64,000 bases of DNA, taken from contig CAIKZH010000156.1 of NCBI GenBank assembly GCA_903831865.1, forward strand, positions 867-64,866. Reading direction: 5' to 3'. The notes below the pieces were generated by a model. The model saw only the letters and a list, made by a program, of their open reading frames with translations, did no database searches and was not told the origin of the DNA. The translations under genes and the position numbers were made by a program. This document shows, in pieces, positions 9,406-18,597 of the stretch; positions within the stretch are counted from its first letter, which is position 1; each line of letters begins with the position of its first letter. Source of the stretch: an uncultured Coriobacteriia bacterium. Lineage in GTDB: Bacteria > Actinomycetota > Coriobacteriia > Anaerosomatales > PALSA-660.

Positions 9406-10706
9406 AGCGACGCACCTTCACCCTGCTCGATAGCATGCCTGTGCAGGAGCGCGACCGCGTCCTCGAGGCGCTGGCGAGCGAGGGCCCGCAGCTTTCCGAG
9501 CTGCTGCTCGAAATTGCGCTGCGTGCCCGAAAGGCGGGCAGGTCTGATCTGGCCTACGACCTCTACCACGAGGTGCTGTCGCAAGAGGGTGCGCGTCACC
9601 GTCGCAGCGGGCGGCTTGTGGCGGCGGCCTATCGCGCTCTATACGAGATCGCCATCCAGAACAAGGACCACAAGCAGGCCCTTCGCTACGCGGGCCTCAT
9701 GGGCGAGACCACAAGTGATGGCCGTACGCGCCGCGCCGCGCGGCGCATCGTCGAGAGACTGCAGCGCCTGTGCGAGGAGCCGACCTCTCATGGGATCGCC
9801 CACACCGCTGCCGACGAGGTCCTGTTGCGAGGAGGCGAGCCGCCGGGATACGTCGGCAACGCGCTTGTCGAGCTGCAGCCGCAGCAGCCTGAGCTGCGCC
9901 TTTGTGACGTGGGCGGCCTGGCCGCAGCCAAGCGGGCGATCCATCGCTACGGCATTCTTCCCATGCAGGACCCATCACTCGCAGAGCACTTCGGCATGCG
10001 AGCGGGCGGCGGCATCCTGCTATACGGACCTCCGGGGTGCGGCAAGACGCTGCTCGCCCAAGCTGCCGCCGGCGAGATGGGCGTGCCGCTTCTCGTAGTC
10101 AAGAACAGCGAGGTGCTGCATCCGCTGTTCGGAATGGCGGAGCGCAATGTCTCGCGCGCGTTCGAGGTGGCGCGCGCCAGCGCGCCCTGTGTGCTGATGT
10201 TCGACGAGATCGACGGCATCGTGCCGCCGCGAACCCGTGACTCGCACGCCGAGCACCGCAGCGTCGTGAGTGCCTTTCTTGTCGAGATGGACGGCACCGA
10301 GCGAAACGACGGGGTCCTCGTGGTCGCGACGACCAACGCGCCCGAGCTGGTCGACGGCGCACTGAAGCGCCCGGGCCGTTTCAGCCGAGAGATCCTTGTG
10401 GGACGTCCTGACCCTGCCGCTCGTGAGGCGATCTGGCGACTGAGGCTCGCCGGCCACCCCTTCGCCGAGGACATCGACCTGGCGCAGCTCGTGGAGCTGT
10501 CCGAGGGGCTGACGGGAGCAGACATCGCCGGTGCGGTGCTGGATGCGGTGGAGGCCGCTTGGGTGCAGAGCGCCGAGGAGAAGGCCGTCCGCGAACCGGG
10601 CATGCTGGACTTGCTCATCGGCCTGCAGCGCGCACGAACCGAAGGCCGCGCCAAGAACCGCATCGACGCGATCATCTCCGAGCGGCTGGGAAGGGAGCTG
10701 GAGTAG
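9402..10706 (+). CDS. AAA+ ATPase (classic Cdc48/FtsH/SpoVK-type AAA module) with helical N-terminal domain
   Basis: Walker A GPPGCGKT. Walker B VLMFDEID. Second region of homology TTNAPELVDGALKRPGRF. Translationally coupled to the zinc-ribbon gene. Confidence 0.85.
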   Translation: MKRRTFTLLDSMPVQERDRVLEALASEGPQLSELLLEIALRARKAGRSDLAYDLYHEVLSQEGARHRRSGRLVAAAYRALYEIAIQNKDHKQALRYAGLMGETTSDGRTRRAARRIVERLQRLCEEPTSHGIAHTAADEVLLRGGEPPGYVGNALVELQPQQPELRLCDVGGLAAAKRAIHRYGILPMQDPSLAEHFGMRAGGGILLYGPPGCGKTLLAQAAAGEMGVPLLVVKNSEVLHPLFGMAERNVSRAFEVARASAPCVLMFDEIDGIVPPRTRDSHAEHRSVVSAFLVEMDGTERNDGVLVVATTNAPELVDGALKRPGRFSREILVGRPDPAAREAIWRLRLAGHPFAEDIDLAQLVELSEGLTGADIAGAVLDAVEAAWVQSAEEKAVREPGMLDLLIGLQRARTEGRAKNRIDAIISERLGRELE

Positions 10707-10866
10707 AGGTACGTTCGCGTCACCGCCGCAAGACCGGCATCGGGCGCTGCGGGGATCGCGGAAGTGCCTCCCCTTCGGACGCGAGGGCCAGTAGCCGCGG
10801 AGCCCGTCTCGCAGCGACCGCTAGGCCAGTCGTGTCACAGCGAAGTGAGTATCTCCTGCGATCAGC

Positions 10867-12126
10867 TCAGTCGATCGCCGCCAGCGCTTGCTTCGCGTCC
10901 TCGATGTGGTCGCGCAGAATCTCCACCTGACGCTCCAGATCCTTGCGCGCAATGTCCATCTCCGCAACGATCTTGCGGCCGGTGTTCTCGATCGTCTGAC
11001 CCCAAGTTCGCACGTCGTCGGTCTTCTCAGCACGCTTGGCCACCGACTCGATCGCCTTCTCCATCGCGTCGAAGTCGACATCGGTCGTGGGGAGACTCGC
11101 ACGCTTGCCCTCGAAGACAAGGGCCTTCGCAAGCGTGATGGCAGCGTCCAGCCACAGGTCGGTCGAGGGGTCGTCGGCGTCCCACACGACGACGATGTCT
11201 CGCCCGCAGCGCCGAAGGGTCTCAACGCCGGCGGGTGCAGTACGCGCCGAGAAGATGAACACACCGACCTGCGCGCCGCGGTTTCTCCGACCCTTCTCGA
11301 TCTCCTCGAGGGCGCCGGCGAGGGTGTAGCTGCGGTCCTCCTTCGCCTCGAAGACGATCTTCTCGCCCCCGCAGGCACTGTCGGAGGAGAGCTCCATGAC
11401 GCAGTCACCAACCTTGCAGTTCTTGATGACGCCGGTGGTGGCGCCCGTGGCCGAGGCGATGTCGCCCGCACTCGACGCTTGGTTGATGACGTACTCGACC
11501 ACCGCGTCTTCGAACGCCAGCCCGTGTGTCGTCCCCCGCGCTTCGGCGTCCTTGCGCACCGCGATCTCAAGAAGTGTCTTCTCGACTTGCTCCCGGAACT
11601 CGGCGTTCGCCTTCTCGTGTTCGTCGAGTGTGCCGTTGAGCTGGCGCAGCAGTCTAGAGAGTCCCGAGTTCTCGTCGTCGAGGGAGAACTCCTTGCGCAG
11701 CGTGTCCTGCGAGTCGCGTACGTGCGCGACGAGCCGGGAGAGCGGGGAGCTAGCGTCGTCGAGGCTGAACGCGCCGAGGATCTGCTGGCCATTCTTGCTC
11801 AGGTCGGCATCGATCGCCTCGCGCAGCTGCGCGACCAAGCCGTCGGCCTGCTTGGGATCAAGGGTCTTCATGATCCGGCTCTCGGGCCCGACCATCGCGG
11901 TCATGGCGTCGGTGACCTCGCGCTCGATTTCGTTGGTAAGCTGTTTGCCCTCGTCCTTGATCGCCTGGCGGTCGATGAACCCCGATGCCTGTCGCAGGGC
12001 CAGCACCCCTATGCGCAGCGCGGTCGCCGCCTTCGTTGGACGCTCTGCATCCTCGAACTCGCTCAGCCAGGCGAGGACCTCAGGGTCGTCGATGGTCAGG
12101 GTAATCTCCATCGGCTCATTCGACAT
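10867..12126 (-). CDS. Coiled-coil protein with PD-(D/E)xK-like nuclease core (hypothetical)
   Basis: 419 aa. Long charged helical regions flank VGDCVMEL...IVFEAKED (a D...ExK motif) followed by GVFIFSA. No named family recognised with certainty. Confidence 0.65.
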   Translation of the reverse strand: MSNEPMEITLTIDDPEVLAWLSEFEDAERPTKAATALRIGVLALRQASGFIDRQAIKDEGKQLTNEIEREVTDAMTAMVGPESRIMKTLDPKQADGLVAQLREAIDADLSKNGQQILGAFSLDDASSPLSRLVAHVRDSQDTLRKEFSLDDENSGLSRLLRQLNGTLDEHEKANAEFREQVEKTLLEIAVRKDAEARGTTHGLAFEDAVVEYVINQASSAGDIASATGATTGVIKNCKVGDCVMELSSDSACGGEKIVFEAKEDRSYTLAGALEEIEKGRRNRGAQVGVFIFSARTAPAGVETLRRCGRDIVVVWDADDPSTDLWLDAAITLAKALVFEGKRASLPTTDVDFDAMEKAIESVAKRAEKTDDVRTWGQTIENTGRKIVAEMDIARKDLERQVEILRDHIEDAKQALAAID

Positions 12127-12399
12127 GGCTTCTCTCCTCTCGTGAATCCCTGCTCCTCCGGATCATGGACCTCGCCGCCGACCGCCATCGAGGACCCTGT
12201 AGTCCGGGCCACAATTCGCTCGAACATGAGTCCATGTCCGAGCAGCGTGCCCATCATAGTCGGCAGCGCGCCACGCAGGCGTCGGCCCCGCCCCAACCGC
12301 GAGCGCAGATTCACGCCCCAGGGACCCGAACCCACTTCGACGGAACAGGACCGTGCGCGCGTCAGTCGTTCCGCTGCGACGGCCTCGCCCTCTCGATCA

Positions 12400-12703
12400 A
12401 TGACGAGGGAGAAGCTGTCACCCCTCGCCGAGGACGCCGACCTGATCGCGAGCGCGATCCTCGCGGTGGCGAAGCAGTACGAGGACAGCGAGGTGCAAGG
12501 GTCCGCCCACCTCAAGGTGACCATGCCCGACGACTCGCGCAAGCAGCTTAGAGTGGTCGTCGCTCAGGACCCCAGGATCGTGCGCCCGAAGGACCTGCTG
12601 AGCGACATCGAGTTCGTGGCCTACCAAGCGAACCGGTTCGGGGGTCGTCATGGTGCAGCCACTGGAGGACGGTCCCGCGCTGATTCGCAAGATGGGCTGC
12701 TAG
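12400..12703 (+). pseudogene. Small hypothetical gene with apparent frame break at a G5 run
   Basis: ATG 12400 opens MTREKLSPLAEDADLIASAILAVAKQYED...EFVAYQANRFG. After GGGGG (12640-12644) the +1 frame (VVMVQPLEDGPALIRKMGC-TAG, ending 12703) keeps high G/C third positions, while the original frame drops to a low-bias, Arg/Ser-rich stretch. Confidence 0.4.
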
Positions 12704-12753
12704 CCCGACCCGCTCGCTCTCGCAGCGCACACCAGATTGAGGGGAACTCGCAG

Positions 12754-13992
12754 ATGGTCGCTCGGAACACGGCACTGAACGCCCGGCAGCTCGAGGTCCT
12801 GCGCTGGATATCGGATGGCTGCCCGCAGGGCGTCATGCAGGACTTCACCTACAAGCTCACCGCTGTGGCTCTGAGAAGCCGGCGCCTGGTGACGCTGACC
12901 AAGAGAGGGGGCTGGGCGGCGACTGTAACCGACGCCGGGCTCCACTATCTCGAACACGGGTGCTACCCGGAGGCACCCCTACCCAAGTCAGGGCCGGGCG
13001 GGAAGCCTTCTCAGCCGAAGGTCAAGCCGACAGACAAGCTCAAACCGAGCAATCCGGCACCACCCTCAAGGCAGGCCAAACCGGCGGCCACGCCGACTAG
13101 GCGACCGGAAGCGTCCAAGAAGCAGCGACCGACCACAGAAGCCCAGACGGTCGTGGTGCCCGCTCGCCTCATTCACCCGCACGCCGTGGTTGCCCAGCTG
13201 CGTGATGACCCCTATCGACTGGACCTGTCGGGAACAGTCCGCAACCGAGCGCTGCGCATCATCCAGGGGCTGGCGGCCACGGCGGAGCAGGAAGGCTGGC
13301 GCGTCGAGCCAGTGGCCTCGCGGCGAGACGACTACGAGCGCACGACATGGGAGTCGGGCAGCGACTTCGTCATCTGCACCGATGAATGCAGAGTCGGCAT
13401 CAGGTTCGTCCAGGAGAAGCAGCGCAGCCCGCATGTGCCCACCAAGCACGAGCTTGCGGAGCGGTCGAGGTACGCCTGGGCATTCGTCCCGAAGTACGAC
13501 TACACGCTCATCGACAGACTCCGTCTGGAGTTCAAGTCCGCCTACTGTCCCGGCCAACGCAGCAACTGGGCCGACCGCGTCCGCTGGTCTCTGGAAGACA
13601 AGCTGCCGCAGGTCATCGAGGGAGTCGCCGCGCGAAGCGAGTACGCAATGCAGCAGCGAATCATCCGAGAGGAGCGTGAAGTCGAGTTCGCGAGGCAGAG
13701 GGAGCTCGCCGAAGCCAGGGCACGCGATCAGCTTAGGGAGAACCACCGAGCCGAGGCGCTTCTGCAACAGTGCGCGAACTGGCACCTGGCCTGCGAGCTG
13801 CGGACATACCTGGACGCCGCGACGCAGCAGATCGAGGTGACGGCTGACCCTGATGAGGCGCAGGCCACCGGGGAGTGGCTTGAATGGGGACGTCGATACG
13901 CTGAGGACCTCGATCCGCTGAACTCGCCAATCGCGGCACCGCCGGACTCTGAACCCTCGGCCGAGGAGCTGAGGGCGTTCCTTCGCGGCTAG
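12754..13992 (+). CDS. wHTH-domain protein with Pro/Lys-rich linker and large C-terminal domain (hypothetical)
   Basis: ATG 12754 is preceded by GAGGGGAA. N-terminus RQLEVLRWISDG...LVTLTKRGGWAATVTDAGLHYL looks like a winged helix. The rest is unassigned with a coiled-coil tail. The ORF track shows it fused in frame to 10888..13992, whose first 1.5 kb is antisense shadow. Confidence 0.6.
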   Translation: MVARNTALNARQLEVLRWISDGCPQGVMQDFTYKLTAVALRSRRLVTLTKRGGWAATVTDAGLHYLEHGCYPEAPLPKSGPGGKPSQPKVKPTDKLKPSNPAPPSRQAKPAATPTRRPEASKKQRPTTEAQTVVVPARLIHPHAVVAQLRDDPYRLDLSGTVRNRALRIIQGLAATAEQEGWRVEPVASRRDDYERTTWESGSDFVICTDECRVGIRFVQEKQRSPHVPTKHELAERSRYAWAFVPKYDYTLIDRLRLEFKSAYCPGQRSNWADRVRWSLEDKLPQVIEGVAARSEYAMQQRIIREEREVEFARQRELAEARARDQLRENHRAEALLQQCANWHLACELRTYLDAATQQIEVTADPDEAQATGEWLEWGRRYAEDLDPLNSPIAAPPDSEPSAEELRAFLRG

Positions 13993-14204
13993 GACACCGC
14001 CCTGCATGGTCTGTGCCCGGACTACCCTAGTTATCTGGGTCGCCGCCGATCGTTCTCCCGGATTGGCTTGCGGTGGTCATAGGGGGATAGAAGCCTCCGC
14101 AGGTGGAAACGAGATTAATGTGTTCGCTGCCTTGCGACACCTCGACGATGTCCTGACGGAAGACGATGAAGCCGCTAGCAGCGCCCGAGACGTAGGGGGA
14201 ACAG

Positions 14205-14972
14205 GTGGACGACGCGGTGGACACTGTTGAGGTCGCGATTCTCACGCGGCTGCTCGAGGGGTCCGGGCTCTCGCCCGCGGCCCTGAACGAACGCGTGACC
14301 GGCAGCCCTGGCAGCGTCGAGCAGTCAGTTGAGAGGCTCGTCGGCCGCGGAGTGATTCGGCGTTCCGTCGGAGGCAACCTGTTCGTGCCCCGAGACCAGC
14401 GGCCCGGCGTCGGACGGTTGTTGGGGATCGAGCCAGCGACACCCGCGGACGTGATCGAAGTCGTTCCCGAAGCCCCGCCGCGCGACCGTCCCGAGTTCTT
14501 CAACGATGTCTTCGACCATGCGACGTACATGTACAAGCTCGAAGACTCCATCTCTGGTGCCCGTTCCGCATACGAGAACACCGTGCGCAAGATGCGCGTC
14601 GGCGATCTGATTCTGGGCTACCTGATGGATCCCTACAGCGAGTGGGTCTGCATCCTTCGGGTGGCCAAGGCGCCCTACCGAACGTCTGAGGAACTCCACG
14701 TCTTCAAGGACCTGCCGTGGAAAGTATGCGGAGAGTTCATCGCCGCGCTCAATCCTGGCGACGGGATACCGAGGCTCGAGGCTGCAGACGAGGCTCGGGC
14801 GCTGGGAGGCAAGGCCGCTCCGTATCGCGACTCCCCGAAACGGGTGAACCCCGTCGCGGCCGGGGTCATCATCAGGGGAATCCTCGAATCGCAGCGGCAT
14901 CATGGGAGCGCGGTCGAAGTCACCGATCCGGGACCGGGATTCCTTGAGATGTTCACGGGCGCGCGAGCGTGA
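14205..14972 (+). CDS. wHTH + EVE/PUA-like domain protein
   Basis: 255 aa. GTG start with GGGGGAA upstream. N-terminal MarR-like wHTH (LSPAALNERVTGSPGSVEQSVERLVGRGVIRR). C-terminal block MRVGDLILGYLMDPYSEWVCILRVAKAPY resembles the EVE/ASCH PUA-like core. Confidence 0.55.
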   Translation: MDDAVDTVEVAILTRLLEGSGLSPAALNERVTGSPGSVEQSVERLVGRGVIRRSVGGNLFVPRDQRPGVGRLLGIEPATPADVIEVVPEAPPRDRPEFFNDVFDHATYMYKLEDSISGARSAYENTVRKMRVGDLILGYLMDPYSEWVCILRVAKAPYRTSEELHVFKDLPWKVCGEFIAALNPGDGIPRLEAADEARALGGKAAPYRDSPKRVNPVAAGVIIRGILESQRHHGSAVEVTDPGPGFLEMFTGARA

Positions 14973-15526
14973 GGGTCAGTCAGGTCACCTGCGTTGGGAG
15001 GTGTCTTGGCAGCCGCTGGCGAACCAGCAGCGTTCTGGCCGATCCCGCGGGCGTCCTCCAGCGCGTCTTCAGCCAGAGCCATCGCGGTGTGCGTCCGGAA
15101 GCGGCCCTCTCCCCATACACCAGGACGCCCTGCGGACTCCGAGCGAAGATGCCAGCATCGCGGCAGACCGACTTCACGGATCCGATCAGTGCACTGAGCC
15201 CTTCACCTTGGGGGCCCCCGTTGCGAAGGAGCCGGCAGCGACGGCACTGGCCGCTAGCACCGTCTGATGGAACCGCATGGGATCATTATGGATGCCAACA
15301 AGGGGTCTGATTGCGGCCGCTAGCAGCCCCCGCGTCTCGCAGAAAGCGCGCGCACACGACCTCAATGTCGCCCGTGATTGTGAGTACTAGGCTCAAGTAG
15401 AGTCTCCACATGGTGGCCAAGCACGAGGTCTTTGGACGACGTGGTCGGCGCGGTCGTCTACTGTGTTGGTCAGACCGCTCACAGCCCGCTCGCCTGACCG
15501 CCGCACCTCTCGAGAGAGTCTTCCAC

Positions 15527-16192
15527 ATGGAGAGCCCTTGGGGCACCTTGCCGGAGAAGCCGCCCTACGTCCTCGGTTGCGACGCCTGCTATGTGGATGC
15601 GTTCAATGCTAAGGCTGATCACGATCACCGGCTACAGTTGGACTTGCTGCCCGAGCCGTTTCTCGGCCGCGTCGACGCCCCCATCGTGCTCCTCGGTCTG
15701 AATCCAGGCTTCACCGCCAAGGATGTCCCTGCGGAGCACTCATCGGACTACGTCTCGCGCTGGCACAGCAACCTAATCCACGCCCCCGCGCGCTACCCGT
15801 TCTACTTGCTGGACCCTTCGTTGGACGCACCCGGACGGAAGTGGTGGGAGCAGAGACTCGGCCAGCTCGTGAAGGCCACGAGTCAACGCGGTGTGGCGAA
15901 TTCCGTCCTGTGCGTCGAGTACTTCCCGTACCACTCGCGCAAGTACCAAGCGCACGCGGTGCTGCCATCACAGACGTACGGTTTCGAACTAGTCCGGTCG
16001 GCACTGGATCGTGGCGCACTCGTGATCGCCATGCGCGGCCTGCCGTTGTGGAAGGCCGCAGTCCCTGAGCTTGAGGCCCGCTCCCATGCTATGCGCAGCC
16101 CTCAGAACCCGACGTTCACGAGGCGCAACTGTCCGGATGCCTTCGACCAGGCGGTCGAGATGGTAAGCGCGGGAAACTGGTCGCCGGCCTGA
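15527..16192 (+). CDS. UDG-superfamily-like protein (MUG/TDG-type GxNPG motif), function unknown
   Basis: ORF 15410..16192 trimmed to ATG 15527. PEPFLGRVDAPIVLLGLNPGF resembles UDG motif A (GINPG in MUG). VEYFPYHS is a possible motif B. More A/T-ending codons than neighbouring genes. ATG 15410 is an alternative start. Confidence 0.5.
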   Translation: MESPWGTLPEKPPYVLGCDACYVDAFNAKADHDHRLQLDLLPEPFLGRVDAPIVLLGLNPGFTAKDVPAEHSSDYVSRWHSNLIHAPARYPFYLLDPSLDAPGRKWWEQRLGQLVKATSQRGVANSVLCVEYFPYHSRKYQAHAVLPSQTYGFELVRSALDRGALVIAMRGLPLWKAAVPELEARSHAMRSPQNPTFTRRNCPDAFDQAVEMVSAGNWSPA

Positions 16193-16418
16193 CTGGCAAC
16201 AGCGACGGCGGACAGCGGCAGGCCGCAAGACGACAAGGGGTTGTGCCTGATCATGACAACCGAAATCAACGTCCGCTCGCTGGACTTCAGTCTCCTGCCT
16301 TTGTCGGGATCTCGGGGACGCTTGCCTGTCTGCGACCACTCTCCGGCATCGATGTCAGACCCCCCTACTATGCTGACCTTGCGACACGGCTGTGTCGCAG
16401 AAGGGTCAGGCGAGGGAA

Positions 16419-17354
16419 ATGGACAGCACCATCACTGCACTGCTCCGAGGGATACGGCTCGGAGACCCGGTCGGGACGCACGGGCTCACGTTCGTGCCGG
16501 TCTTCTGCAAGGTCCCACCGGGACCGGACTACCTCACGTTGGCGGAAGCCGTGGAAGCGGACTCGCTGGTCGTGACGGAGATGGACGCGGGCGCCACTGT
16601 GCCCGCGCTTGAGGCACACAACGTGAGCGCGCGGCCCGTGCTGATCCTGGACGGCGAGGAGCTGTTGGGCGCCAAGCAGAACCGCGTCCTGAACACGACG
16701 GTGCTCATCGCTGCGGGCAGCAGCTACAAGTTGCCGGTGACGTGTGTGGAGCAGGGCCGCTGGAACATGGTGTCGGCGCGCTTCGCTGCGTCGGGACACC
16801 ACGCGACCCGCAACATCCGTGCGATCAACCACCGCGCCGTGGCCGAGAGCCTGCGCGCCGCGGGCGGCTACGAAGGAGCCCAGGGCAAGGTCTGGCAAGA
16901 GGTGAGGTCTCTTCACGCCAGGCACGGCGTCATCTCGCGGACCGAGGCGATGTACGACGCCTACGAGAGTCGCGCGGCCGAGGTCGGCGAGCTGATCGGC
17001 GGAATCACGCCACTGGAGGGTCAGAACGGCCTCCTCGCGCTGCTGGGCGGTGAGGTCCTCGGGCTCGACGTGGTCTCCAGACCGAGCGCCTACGCTCGAG
17101 TCCACGACAAGCTCGCGCGCAGCTACGCAGTGGACGTGACGGCCGCCAAGGCAGTCTCTCATACGCTCGATCTGGCCGCTGCGAAGCAGTTCGTCGCGTC
17201 GCTCAGCGAGATGGTCGGCACGGAGCACGACTCACCGGGGATGGGCCGCTCACACCGCTACACGTCGGAGTCCATCGTCGGCTCGGCGCTGACCTATCGC
17301 CGGGTGCCGGTGCACGCCGCGTTCTTCGCAGCGAAGCCGGGCGGCGATCGCTAG
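16419..17354 (+). CDS. DUF6569 / ARPP-1-like family protein
   Basis: ORF 16392..17354 trimmed to ATG 16419 (GAGGGAA upstream). LTFVPVF...YLTLAEAVEADSLVVTE...VPALEAHNVSARPVLILDGEELLGAKQNRVLNTTVLI...LPVTCVEQGRW matches my memory of that family. Confidence 0.55.
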   Translation: MDSTITALLRGIRLGDPVGTHGLTFVPVFCKVPPGPDYLTLAEAVEADSLVVTEMDAGATVPALEAHNVSARPVLILDGEELLGAKQNRVLNTTVLIAAGSSYKLPVTCVEQGRWNMVSARFAASGHHATRNIRAINHRAVAESLRAAGGYEGAQGKVWQEVRSLHARHGVISRTEAMYDAYESRAAEVGELIGGITPLEGQNGLLALLGGEVLGLDVVSRPSAYARVHDKLARSYAVDVTAAKAVSHTLDLAAAKQFVASLSEMVGTEHDSPGMGRSHRYTSESIVGSALTYRRVPVHAAFFAAKPGGDR

Positions 17355-17382
17355 GCCGAGAGTAGGGGCCCACACAAGGTTC

Positions 17383-17426
17383 GGCCTGCGCACCGAGACC
17401 GCTTGAGCGGCCTCGGTGCGCAGGCC
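17383..17426 (+). terminator. Strong hairpin downstream of 16419..17354 (I-shaped terminator candidate)
   Basis: Perfect 15-bp stem GGCCTGCGCACCGAG / CTCGGTGCGCAGGCC encloses a nested CCGC/GCGG hairpin. No U tail. Confidence 0.45.
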
Positions 17427-17692
17427 ACACGCACAACGCCAGACGTTGGAGATGAGGACTGCGTTGGCGAGGGACTCCGAGGTCTTCGACGGAGCGGGAC
17501 CGGAGGTTGCCGCGGCAGCCGCTTTGGCGCGCCGCGGTCATGCCGGACAGACGGACAAGGCCGGGGCTCCGTAGTGCGAGCACAGCCAGAGAGTCGCAGG
17601 GAAGCTTGAGGATGATGCGGCCAGAACGGTCGCGCTGCTGTCGATGAGCCGATCCACTCGAGGGGGAAGCTCTGACCGAAGAAGCCGTCAGG

Positions 17693-18484
17693 TTGGTGTC
17701 GCCCACAGCTCCCCGCCGGCCGCTGGTCGCGCATGTGCCGCACGCTTCGACCGCCATCCCTTCGCGCGCGAGGCGCAGCATCGTCTTGAGCGAGCACGAC
17801 CTGCGAACGGAAGTCGTGCGGCTGACCGACTGGCACGTGGATGAGCTCTTCTCATGGATTCCGGAGATCGGCGGCGCGCTGTTCGCAAGTGCGCTCTCGC
17901 GTCTGGTGTTCGATCCTGAGCGGTTCGCGGATGACGACGAGGAGCCGATGGCCGATGCGGGCCAGGGCGTCGTCTACACGAAGACCACCGACGGAGAGCA
18001 GCTCGCGCAGATCAGCATCAAGGAGCGAGAGCGCAGGATCCGGGATCTCTACAACCCCTACCACGAGGCGCTCGCGGCTCTTGTGCCCTCGATGCTCCAA
18101 CAGTTCGGCACCGCGCTCATCTTGGACTGCCACTCCTTCGCCACGGTCCCGCTGCCGAGCGAGATCGACCAGAGTCCTGACAGGCCGGACATCTGCATCG
18201 GGACGAGCCCGTATCACACGCCGGCTGAGCTCTCGGCCGGACTCGTTGCCGCCTTCGAGTCGGAGGGCCTGACCGTGGAACTCGATCGTCCGTTCCCGGG
18301 CACGCTCGTCCCGCGCCGGTTCCTCGGCACGGACTCTCGCGTGCGCTCGGTCATGATCGAGGTCCGGCGGGGCTTGTACTGCGATGAGTCGAGTGGCGAG
18401 CGCGGCCCGGGCTTCGAGTCCACACGCAGTGCACTGCAGAGGGCGGTGACCGCCGGCATCGCCCCAACCCTGAGCACCGTGTGA
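17693..18484 (+). CDS. N-formylglutamate amidohydrolase (FGase) family protein
   Basis: 263 aa. AHVPHASTAIP, LVFDPERF and LILDCHSF are typical FGase-family blocks. Confidence 0.75.
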   Translation: MVSPTAPRRPLVAHVPHASTAIPSRARRSIVLSEHDLRTEVVRLTDWHVDELFSWIPEIGGALFASALSRLVFDPERFADDDEEPMADAGQGVVYTKTTDGEQLAQISIKERERRIRDLYNPYHEALAALVPSMLQQFGTALILDCHSFATVPLPSEIDQSPDRPDICIGTSPYHTPAELSAGLVAAFESEGLTVELDRPFPGTLVPRRFLGTDSRVRSVMIEVRRGLYCDESSGERGPGFESTRSALQRAVTAGIAPTLSTV

Positions 18485-18597
18485 GGCGACGTGGCGAGGC
18501 GCACGCCGCACGCCTCGGGTTTCGGGCCGAGTGACGCGATGACCAGGGCGCCGGAGTAGGATGGCTGCGGGTGTGGCGGCAGGCACTTGGGGGGCCG

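Noticed and set aside
10888-12399. First 1.5 kb of the 1034-aa + strand ORF 10888..13992.
   Set aside because: This part is antisense to the well-supported 10867..12126 gene and translates to low-complexity sequence. Real coding on the + strand starts at 12400/12754.
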